Below are positions 16,318 through 24,000 of a DNA stretch of 24,000 nucleotides, in pieces. The notes under the pieces are model-generated. The model saw nothing but the letters and a program-made list of their open reading frames with translations, had not been told where the DNA came from and did not search any database. The stretch covers positions 99,308 through 123,307 of the forward strand of contig CAYGVI010000003.1 of assembly GCA_964353335.1 (NCBI GenBank), in the 5' to 3' direction. The number at the start of each line of letters is the position of its first letter. The first letter of the stretch is position 1. The translations under genes and the position numbers were made by a program. The DNA is from an uncultured Methanosarcinales archaeon (lineage in GTDB: Archaea; Nanobdellota; Nanobdellia; Woesearchaeales; ARS49).

Positions 16318-17079
16318 TTATTTTTCAACTGCCTTAGCGTAGACAGGGGTCTTTGCAATAACAAGCCTTACTGCAGCCGGCATTTCCTTGAAGTAAACGC
16401 CCTGCTTGTAATCATTGCCTTGCTTGCCCGCATAGCTCTGGTGGTTCTCCTTTGTGAAAGACTCACCGCAGCGTACGTCGACAAAGTCGCCTGCGCCAAG
16501 CATCCTGCCGATATCGTCGGTGCTGCGCAGTATCTTGAATCCGCGCTGCTTGACGTCTTCTGCGCTGATTACTTTCTCAGGCATCCTTTCATACTGCTGT
16601 GCTGAGTTTGCAACAAGCTCAAGAACGTCACGCTGGCTGAAGTATTTGTGCTTTCCTGCCTTTGAATTCAGGTCAGTTGCAAGAGCCTTTGTGTTGACGT
16701 TTGTGATGAGCTCGCGGCCCTTGCTTGCAGTGCCGCTCTTCTCATCCCTGCGCAGGTTGAGGCAGACATAAACATTGCCTTCTCCCTTGTTAAGGCCGTA
16801 ATGCACTATTTCCTGCATGCGTGACCTTGCCTTTTCAACGTCCTTTTCGTGGCCCTTGATGTCAGTGCCCTTGTAGTCTGTAAGCTGGATTGTGTACTTG
16901 GCTGCCTGCCTGAGCTCTTCGAATCCAAGCTGGACATTGCCGAATTTTTCAACGTCAGCAAGCAGTGACTCGAGGGTGCTGGCGGTGTTTTGCTGTGGGA
17001 CTACGCATCCTGCAGCTGCCGCAACTCCGAGAGCTCCAATTGTCTTGAGAAAATCACGTCTTGTTGGTATATGTTGCAT
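16318..17079 (-). CDS. Tat-exported putative lipoprotein, unknown function
   Basis: TRRDFLKTIGALGVAAAAGC: twin-arginine motif followed by a lipobox-like AAGC. Confidence 0.75.
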   Translation of the reverse strand: MQHIPTRRDFLKTIGALGVAAAAGCVVPQQNTASTLESLLADVEKFGNVQLGFEELRQAAKYTIQLTDYKGTDIKGHEKDVEKARSRMQEIVHYGLNKGEGNVYVCLNLRRDEKSGTASKGRELITNVNTKALATDLNSKAGKHKYFSQRDVLELVANSAQQYERMPEKVISAEDVKQRGFKILRSTDDIGRMLGAGDFVDVRCGESFTKENHQSYAGKQGNDYKQGVYFKEMPAAVRLVIAKTPVYAKAVEK

Positions 17080-17170
17080 TTTATTACCCCCTGTGTTAAA
17101 TACTGTTGGTTTGACACTACTATTGAGTGGGTATTTTTAAAGCTTCGGGTTTATGGGCGGGTTAAGAACA

Positions 17171-19150
17171 TTACTTGCCGTAAATAACTATTCCCGGAGT
17201 AACTATCCATTCGGTTTTGTCGCCGTGAAGCACTGCGCCGTCAACCTTGAAGTCTATCTTGACATCCTTGGTGTTCAGAAGGCGTACTCCTGCACCGACT
17301 TGCCCGCCGAAGCGTGTTTCGTCATCTTTTGTGCCTGTGAACTCGCTGTCAAGCCTTTGAACAAGTCCAAGAGCCTCAATATATCCCCTTGTTCCTGCAG
17401 CGTCAAAGTGCCAGCGGACTCCTGCGTCGCCGTAAATGTTGTTTTGCGAGAGGAATTCCCCGAGTTTTTCATTAAGTGTTGACATTCCTGCCTCGACTGA
17501 GAAGCTGTCGTTAAGCATAAGCCTTCCCTGCAGCTGTGTCATGAGCTTTGTGAAGTCGCCAGTGTATTCGTCTCCTGCATCGCCTTTCACATCGCCCTTG
17601 AGCCCTGCTGCCTGGAATATCACGAAGTTGTGCCTGTTTGCAACACCAACATCGTCATCATCAATAGGTGCCTGCGTGAGGCCTAATTTCAGGTAGCCTC
17701 CAAATCCCTTGTTTCCAAATGTGTAATTGCTTCCGTTTTCAGGCTTGATTGCGAAGTCCCTGTTTTCAGCCATTACTCCGCCCTCAAGGAATCCGTAGAA
17801 TCCCTTGCTCAGGACAGGATAAGTGTGAAGCCCAAGCTGGACGCGTTCTCCGTATCCTGCAATGTCTCCTTCGTCAAACTTCTGCACCTGGTCAAATCCA
17901 TTCAAGTACAGGTCAAGCCCTGTGGCTTTGCCCAGCTCAAGTATTCCCTTGGCTGATGCGCTCACTCCTGTAGTATCATTGTCAAAGATTCCCTTTACAT
18001 ACAGTATTCCCTTAAGCGAAGGGTCTTCTCCGGTGATTATCGGCTTGTAATCAGCAGATGCAGGCGCTGCCTGTTGCGCAGGTGCCGGTGAAGTCATTCC
18101 CTTTAATGCCCTGTAAGCTTCAGTAGGTTCTGGCTGTGTGTAAACTATTGTGTTCTCCCTTGCCTTTGCTTCTGCTGCTTTTCTTTCAGCTTCCTTTCTC
18201 TGCCTGTCTGCTTCAGCTGCCTTTCTTTGCTTTTCTGCTTCTGCGAGCTTCTGCTTTTCTGCTTCAACTGCATTTCTTGCGGCATCTACTTCAGCTGCCT
18301 TTCTTTCAGCAGCTACTTTCCTTGCTGCTTCACGCAGGCTCTCCAGGTTTGCTTCAGTCTCCTGATTTTCCTTTGCTTGAGTGTAAGCTTCTGAAGCTCT
18401 GTCCTGTGATGGCCTTTGCCCTGCATAAGGCGCTGGGCCTGTCTGCGGAGCAGTTGGCTTTTCAGCGACAGGAGGCACTTCAGGACCTTTTGTCTGCTGC
18501 TGAGTTTTGTCAGCAAGTGATCTTGAGTCAGGAACTTTTACTGGCGTAGTTGTAACCGGCACAGGCTTAATGTTTTCCTGCGTTACAACATCTGGGTTTT
18601 TCGGCAAACTTCTATAGAAAAGATTGTATCCTGCCCATAATACCGGAGCAAGTGCCAAAGCAGCGATAGCCGCAATGTAAACAGTGCGAACTCTTCCAGC
18701 TGCCCTGCTTGGAACTGTGTGGAAATAGTCTCCTATCCTGCTGAGCAATCCTTTCTTTTCAGTGCTGCCAAGCATTCCTGCATAACTTACAGGATTTGTG
18801 TGGACAACTTCTGTAGGCTGTGCTTCAACAACAGCTTCGATACTTTCAGGTTTTGCAAGGCTGTCTGCAAGCGTTGTATAAACATTTTGTGCGCGGCTCC
18901 TGAGGTTTTCATAGTCAACCTTTGCGCGCTTTTCCTTGGACATCTTGATGACATTGTCGTAAAGCTTTACAGCAGAAACAAGGTCGTCATACTTTGCATT
19001 CTTTCCGTTTGCGCGGTGCTCGAGAATTTGGAGTTTGTTTTCAGTGTTGTAGCTGAGTATTCCCAAATCTTTGATTTCAAGATTGCTATCTGCTGCCTGT
19101 TTTATCTCGTCTTTAGAAAAGTTATGCCGTTGAAATTGGTAGTTTTCCAT
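17171..19150 (-). CDS. Membrane-anchored protein with TolA-like Ala/Lys/Glu helix and a beta-barrel-like C-terminal domain
   Basis: Cytosolic N-terminus, TM (VYIAAIAALALAPVLWAGYNLFY), Pro-rich linker, AERKAAEVDAARNAVEAEKQKLAEAEKQRKAAEADRQRKEAERKAAEAKA, then alternating amphipathic strands ending WIVTPGIVIYGK. Confidence 0.7.
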   Translation of the reverse strand: MENYQFQRHNFSKDEIKQAADSNLEIKDLGILSYNTENKLQILEHRANGKNAKYDDLVSAVKLYDNVIKMSKEKRAKVDYENLRSRAQNVYTTLADSLAKPESIEAVVEAQPTEVVHTNPVSYAGMLGSTEKKGLLSRIGDYFHTVPSRAAGRVRTVYIAAIAALALAPVLWAGYNLFYRSLPKNPDVVTQENIKPVPVTTTPVKVPDSRSLADKTQQQTKGPEVPPVAEKPTAPQTGPAPYAGQRPSQDRASEAYTQAKENQETEANLESLREAARKVAAERKAAEVDAARNAVEAEKQKLAEAEKQRKAAEADRQRKEAERKAAEAKARENTIVYTQPEPTEAYRALKGMTSPAPAQQAAPASADYKPIITGEDPSLKGILYVKGIFDNDTTGVSASAKGILELGKATGLDLYLNGFDQVQKFDEGDIAGYGERVQLGLHTYPVLSKGFYGFLEGGVMAENRDFAIKPENGSNYTFGNKGFGGYLKLGLTQAPIDDDDVGVANRHNFVIFQAAGLKGDVKGDAGDEYTGDFTKLMTQLQGRLMLNDSFSVEAGMSTLNEKLGEFLSQNNIYGDAGVRWHFDAAGTRGYIEALGLVQRLDSEFTGTKDDETRFGGQVGAGVRLLNTKDVKIDFKVDGAVLHGDKTEWIVTPGIVIYGK

Positions 19151-19281
19151 GTCAGGTTACCCCTATTATTAGTTGGCAGGGAATATCGCCGGCTGTTTAT
19201 AAATCTTCGTATTTATCACTACTTTACAGGAGTAAAGCATTTGTTCGCAATCTTTTTAACACAGCGCCAGCTCGCAAGCCC

Positions 19282-20367
19282 ATGCGCGTCGCTATCGTCG
19301 GGGCAGGACCGTCAGGAAGCTATGTAGGCTTCCTCCTTTCAAAAGCCGGTCACGATGTCACAATCTATGAAGACCACGAAAAAATAGGCGAGCCAATAGC
19401 GTGCACAGGCATCGTGACAAAAGCGCTTTTCGACCTTGTTGAATACAGCAAAGACTACATTATCAACGAGCTTGACGGCGTTGACATAATCGGGCCAAAA
19501 GGTGAAAAGCTCCGAATCCCGCTGAAAGAATACGTGCTTTGCAGGAAAAAGTTTGACAATTATCTTGCAAACAAAGCAGGAAATGCAGGTGCAAAAATAC
19601 TGCTCAGCCACAGGTACACCGGAAGGGAATGCAACACCCTAATTTTCAGGCATAACGGACAAATAGTCAAAAAAGAAACAGACATTCTCATCGGCGCAGA
19701 CGGTCCTTTAAGCAAAGTTGCAGAAACTTCAGGGCTTGGTAAAAACAAAAACTTTTACGTCGGCCAGCAGGCGACAATCAAGGCAAAATACGACCAGAAA
19801 ATATTCACAGTCTGGTTCGGCAGCATTGCCCCTGGATTTTTCGCGTGGAGCGTGCCTGAAAATTCAGAGTACTCGCGCATTGGCGTCGCGACAACAAAAG
19901 ACAAGAACTGCGCACAATGCTTCCAGAGACTGATGAAAATGTCAAAAGGAAAAATCACAGCAAGGCAGGCAGCACCAATCCCGTTGTACAACCATAAAAG
20001 AAAAGTGCAGAACAACAGCACTTTCCTTGTCGGAGACGCAGCCGGATTTGTAAAAGACACAACAGGTGGTGGAATCATCACAGGAATGCTCTCAAGCAAA
20101 GCCCTTGCTGAAAGCATAATCCGCAAAACAAGCTACGAAAAGAACCTCAAGAAGCTGAGAAAAGAGCTTTGGCTTCACAGCAAGCTCAGGAGGATGCTTA
20201 ACAGATTCTCAGACAATGATTACAGAAGGCTTATCAGGCTGATGTCAAACCAGAAAGTCAGGCGTATATTATATAGCCATCCGAGGGAGTATCCTTCAAG
20301 ATTCCTTCTGAAGCTCCTGCTCGCAGAGCCGCGGCTCATTTATTTCGCAAAGCACGCGTTTGCATAA
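19282..20367 (+). CDS. Geranylgeranyl reductase family FAD-dependent oxidoreductase (digeranylgeranylglycerophospholipid reductase-like)
   Basis: N-terminal VAIVGAGPSGSYVGFLLSKAGHDVTIYE, GADGPLS, VGDAAGFVKDTTGGGIITGM motifs. Confidence 0.88.
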   Translation: MRVAIVGAGPSGSYVGFLLSKAGHDVTIYEDHEKIGEPIACTGIVTKALFDLVEYSKDYIINELDGVDIIGPKGEKLRIPLKEYVLCRKKFDNYLANKAGNAGAKILLSHRYTGRECNTLIFRHNGQIVKKETDILIGADGPLSKVAETSGLGKNKNFYVGQQATIKAKYDQKIFTVWFGSIAPGFFAWSVPENSEYSRIGVATTKDKNCAQCFQRLMKMSKGKITARQAAPIPLYNHKRKVQNNSTFLVGDAAGFVKDTTGGGIITGMLSSKALAESIIRKTSYEKNLKKLRKELWLHSKLRRMLNRFSDNDYRRLIRLMSNQKVRRILYSHPREYPSRFLLKLLLAEPRLIYFAKHAFA

Positions 20368-20421
20368 TCCCGCGAAAGCTTTTTAAGCAAACCACATAAA
20401 CAGCGGGCACAGGGGGATTGC

Positions 20422-23400
20422 ATGCCTGAAGACGACGAACTTTCAGTTGATTTTGGAAAAGTTGGCGACTGGTTCAAGAGAAAAAAGAAGCCCGAAGCAG
20501 AGCCAACGCCAGAACACCAGCCTTCATTGCTCGCTGACAAGCACGCAGCAGTTCCACACGAGCAGCCAAAAGAGCATTCTGAAGCAAAGCACACTGAAAA
20601 AGATGATGAAATCAGCATTGACTTTTCAAAAATAAAGTCCTGGTTCACAAAAAAGGAGCATTCAGGAAAAGATGAAGGCAAAGAAGACCTCGGATTTGAT
20701 TTCAGCAAGCCGTGGGCATGGATAAAAGCCCACCCCGTCCTGATAATACTCGCAGTCCTCCTGATAATGCAGTTCGTTCCAAACAGGATTGATATTGGCG
20801 GCAAGGACTGGTACATGCCCTGGGGCGGGGTAAGCATGCGCCTAAGGAGCGAAAGCCTGCCAATGACAGACGGCTGGGCAGCGAACCATGTCACAACCCT
20901 GCTCAAGAACCAGCTGGTTGATGCGATTAACAAGCAGTATCCCAACCTTCCTGACGAAAGAAAGCAAAAGCTTGTGAATGATGAATGGGACAAGGTATAC
21001 AAGGAGCAGAAAGCCCAGATTGACCCGCAAATAACTGCTGTCAACCAGCAGATAAAGGAGTTCTGGATGTATGAAGCAGACGGCGTGAAATACACTTACA
21101 TGCCTGACATTGACCCTTACACATACCTAAGATATGCCAGAAACCTGCTTGAGAAAGGCACTTATGCTGACGAAGTGAGGGATGGCACATTAATCGACAA
21201 CCACATGGCCGCGCCCTTGGGTGGCGGGGTAAGCCGCGAGCTGCAGCCATACACTCTCGCAGTGCAGTACAAGATACTGCACATCTTCAGCCCGAAGATT
21301 GACCTTATGCAGGCAGCTTGTTATTTCCCCATAATATTCATCCTGCTCTCGCTGATTCCTGCGTTCTTCATCGGCAGGCGCTTTGCAGGAATGTCAGGCG
21401 GAATCATAACTGCAACAATGGTGGCAATACTGCCTTCAATTATTGTCAGGACAGGCTGGGGCCACGCAGACACTGACGCTTACAACATTTTCTTCCCGCT
21501 CCTGTTGACCTGGCTTTACACGCTGATGATTGATGCAGATGACACCAAAAAGATTATTGGATTGGGCGCATTGTCAGGGCTTGTCACAGGAATTTACGCA
21601 TTTGCCTGGCCTGGCGGCTGGTGGTATGTATTTGACTTCATACTCGCTGCATTCGGAATACTGGTCATAAGCGAAATCGCAAGAAATATCAAGCACAGAC
21701 AGAAGCTGATTGAAATAATAAAGAAGCGCGCAATCCTGTTAATCACTTACCTGGCAGTTTCAGGAATATTTGTAAGCCTGTTTAGAAGCACCACTGAGTT
21801 TTTCAATGCCCCAATGGCGCCATTGGGATTCACAATCATCAAGGCAGCTGCGCATGTAAGCCTCTGGCCAAATGTTTACACAACTGTCGCAGAGCTTAAT
21901 CCCACAGACCTTAACGGCGTTATCGGCTCTGTCGGAGGGTGGCTGTTCTTCTGGATTGCAGTTGCAGGAATGGCAATGCTCCTGATAAAGCGCTCAAACA
22001 ATGAGTGGAAGTTTGACCTCAAGTATGCACCCTTGTTTGTGCTCTGGTTCATCGCAACAATTTACGCGAGCCTTAAGGGAGTGCGTTTCACATTGCTTAT
22101 GGCTCCTGCATTCACAGTCGTGTTCGGAATTGCCATTGGCAGGATTTACAACTGGCTGGTCAGAATCAGCATAAAAGATTTGCACTTGAATGAAATAGTG
22201 GCTCATGCATTGATAATTGTAATGGTGGTGCTGATGCTTTCAGGCCAGGCAAAAAGCGCCTATAACTCCTCAGGAAGCGACATTCCGATAATGAATGACG
22301 CCTGGTGGAGCACACTCACTGCGATAAAGGCAGACTCAAAGCCTGACGCGATAATCAACTCATGGTGGGACTTTGGCCACCACTTCAAGTATATCGCAGA
22401 CCGCGCGGTCACATTTGACGGCGCATCACAAAACACGCCAATGGCGCACTGGATTGGAAGGACTCTGGCAACTAACAATGAAACAGAGGCAGTGGGCATT
22501 TTGAGGATGCTTGACTGCGGCTCCTACTCCGCATTCGATGTGATTAATGCCCAGTTCAATGACCCTGTAAAATCAGTCAATCTTCTCCGCGAAATTATCG
22601 TGGTTGACCGCAAGTCAGCGCTTGCAATACTCGCAAAGGAAGGGGTTAATGAGCAGGAACAGTTATTGAAACTCACACACTGCGACCCGCCAGAAGACTA
22701 CTTCATAGCATCAGGAGACATGATTGGAAAGTCAGGCGTCTGGAGCCACTTTGGCTTCTGGGACTTTGAAAAAGCAAAGCTGTGGACGATTCTGAAGAAC
22801 CAGCCAGAGGAAACCGCAGTGCAGTCAATGATGAACGAGTGGAACTACACCCGCGAACAGGCAGAGCAGGCTTACTTGGATGTGCAGGCATTGGGCAGTG
22901 AAGGCGATGCGAATGCATGGATTTCACCATGGCTTGGCATACTTGGCGAGGCTGTTGACTGCTCAACCCAGAACGACCTGATTGGATGCGGAAATGGTTT
23001 CGTAATCAACACGTCCAACAATGACGCGCGCATCAATACAGGCCAGGGGGTTGGCAAGCCAAAGGTCGTCGTCCAGCTGACAGAAAAAGGCGGATTCTCT
23101 GAAATCAAGTTTAATGACTCAAATACCGCGGTTGGAGTGCTTCTCTATCCGACAGGGCCAGGCGCTTACAAGGCGGTGTTAGGCTCTCCAGAGCTTTTGA
23201 CAAGCATATTTGCCCGCCTTTACTTCCTTGAAGGCCACGGCTTGCAGCACTTCACTGCGTTCAGCCAGCAGAGGGAATTAACAGGCGGCGGAATTTACAC
23301 TTACAAGGTCAACTGGGCAGGCAATGCAACCAAAGTTTTCAGCGGCTTTGAAGCCCTGAAGGCTGCGAAAGAAGCGAACACAACAGAGAAGAAAGTTGAA

Positions 23401-23748
23401 AAGGGCGCAAAGGAAGGCGACACAGTGAGCGTTTACTACATCGGCTCATTGCTTGACGGCAATGTGTTTGACAGCAGCATAAAGGACTGGAAGAAAAAAG
23501 GCATTGCTGCAAATTCCTCATTTGACGACAACGAACTCACAGGGCCATTGTCATTCAAGATAGGCGCAGGACAGGTTATTGAGGGCTTTGATGCAGCAGT
23601 TAGGGGAATGGACATTGGCGACGAGCAGATTGTGCAGATTCCGCCAAAGGCAGCATACGGCCTTGACCCCAAAGCCCACGCCCTCGGCAACCAGACCCTG
23701 AGATTCAAGATTAAGATGGTCCGCATAGATCCCGCCTCAGCCAATTAA
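20422..23748 (+). CDS. aglB: AglB/STT3 oligosaccharyltransferase catalytic subunit fused to C-terminal FKBP-type PPIase, 1108 aa
   Basis: Multi-TM GT-C core, WGHADTDAYN (DxD), WWDFGHHFKYIADRAVTFDG (WWDxG) motif; C-terminal GDTVSVYYIGSLLDGNVFDSS...LSFKIGAGQVIEGFDAAVRGMDIGDEQIVQIPPKAAYG is a canonical FKBP domain. Confidence 0.92.
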   Translation: MPEDDELSVDFGKVGDWFKRKKKPEAEPTPEHQPSLLADKHAAVPHEQPKEHSEAKHTEKDDEISIDFSKIKSWFTKKEHSGKDEGKEDLGFDFSKPWAWIKAHPVLIILAVLLIMQFVPNRIDIGGKDWYMPWGGVSMRLRSESLPMTDGWAANHVTTLLKNQLVDAINKQYPNLPDERKQKLVNDEWDKVYKEQKAQIDPQITAVNQQIKEFWMYEADGVKYTYMPDIDPYTYLRYARNLLEKGTYADEVRDGTLIDNHMAAPLGGGVSRELQPYTLAVQYKILHIFSPKIDLMQAACYFPIIFILLSLIPAFFIGRRFAGMSGGIITATMVAILPSIIVRTGWGHADTDAYNIFFPLLLTWLYTLMIDADDTKKIIGLGALSGLVTGIYAFAWPGGWWYVFDFILAAFGILVISEIARNIKHRQKLIEIIKKRAILLITYLAVSGIFVSLFRSTTEFFNAPMAPLGFTIIKAAAHVSLWPNVYTTVAELNPTDLNGVIGSVGGWLFFWIAVAGMAMLLIKRSNNEWKFDLKYAPLFVLWFIATIYASLKGVRFTLLMAPAFTVVFGIAIGRIYNWLVRISIKDLHLNEIVAHALIIVMVVLMLSGQAKSAYNSSGSDIPIMNDAWWSTLTAIKADSKPDAIINSWWDFGHHFKYIADRAVTFDGASQNTPMAHWIGRTLATNNETEAVGILRMLDCGSYSAFDVINAQFNDPVKSVNLLREIIVVDRKSALAILAKEGVNEQEQLLKLTHCDPPEDYFIASGDMIGKSGVWSHFGFWDFEKAKLWTILKNQPEETAVQSMMNEWNYTREQAEQAYLDVQALGSEGDANAWISPWLGILGEAVDCSTQNDLIGCGNGFVINTSNNDARINTGQGVGKPKVVVQLTEKGGFSEIKFNDSNTAVGVLLYPTGPGAYKAVLGSPELLTSIFARLYFLEGHGLQHFTAFSQQRELTGGGIYTYKVNWAGNATKVFSGFEALKAAKEANTTEKKVEKGAKEGDTVSVYYIGSLLDGNVFDSSIKDWKKKGIAANSSFDDNELTGPLSFKIGAGQVIEGFDAAVRGMDIGDEQIVQIPPKAAYGLDPKAHALGNQTLRFKIKMVRIDPASAN

Positions 23749-23800
23749 TGAGATTTCTTATCCATAACCTTAATAAACCAATTGTGGCTCATTTCCGTCT

Positions 23801-24000
23801 ATGGGGAATAAGGTTTTTATCGTGATTGCAGCGTATAATGAGCAGAATTCTGTACCCCAAGTCATCAAGGAACTTCACAAGGCAGGATACAAGGATATTG
23901 TGGTTGTTGATGACGGCAGCAAGGACAAGACTTTCGATGCGGCATTGGATGCAGGCGCAACAGTCCTTCAGCACGTCGTGAACCGCGGACAGGGGGCTGC
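23801..24000 (+). CDS. Family 2 glycosyltransferase (N-terminal part, runs off window)
   Basis: MGNKVFIVIAAYNEQNSVPQVIKELHKAGYKDIVVVDDGSKDKTFDAALDAGATVLQHVVNRGQGA; TTAATAAA centred 27.5 nt upstream. Confidence 0.88.
   Translation, partial: MGNKVFIVIAAYNEQNSVPQVIKELHKAGYKDIVVVDDGSKDKTFDAALDAGATVLQHVVNRGQGA

Noticed and set aside
18130-18360. DNA-level tandem repeat in the 17171-19150 gene
   Set aside because: Low complexity is explained by the Ala/Lys/Glu-rich TolA-like helix coding bias; no exact repeat unit.
20340-21095. Minus-strand 251-aa ORF
   Set aside because: Antisense to the strongly supported aglB N-terminus; Ser/Cys/Phe-rich shadow translation.

Overview
This window looks archaeal: a digeranylgeranylglycerophospholipid reductase-like gene, an AglB/STT3 oligosaccharyltransferase, a LAGLIDADG endonuclease, and TATA boxes at near-constant distance from start codons (apparently leaderless genes). 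It is gene dense. The left part (1-10.7 kb) encodes a histidine phosphatase, hypothetical proteins, a miniaturised NcsA/TtuA-like protein without a PP-loop, a two-HKD PLD-like lipoprotein, a divergent Ntn-hydrolase/proteasome-beta-like protein, an alpha/beta hydrolase, an RHH-like protein, two related tandem lipoproteins, a Nudix hydrolase, PolX (with PHP domain) and a DUF192 protein. A tRNA-Trp(CCA) at 10732-10806 directly abuts a free-standing LAGLIDADG homing endonuclease. From 11.5 to 19.15 kb, five minus-strand genes encode exported or membrane-anchored proteins; one has a TolA-like helix followed by a putative beta-barrel-like C-terminus, and one has a Tat-type signal. The right end carries the GGR-family reductase, then an AglB/STT3 OST fused in frame to a C-terminal FKBP-type PPIase and preceded by a repetitive cytosolic N-terminus, then a partial GT2 glycosyltransferase. 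Most notable candidates: the AglB-FKBP fusion, the TolA/beta-barrel-like envelope protein, the HslV-like Ntn hydrolase whose Thr2 could be the nucleophile, the PP-loop-less NcsA relative, and a symmetric palindromic bidirectional TATA promoter. No CRISPR array or clear defence system was seen.
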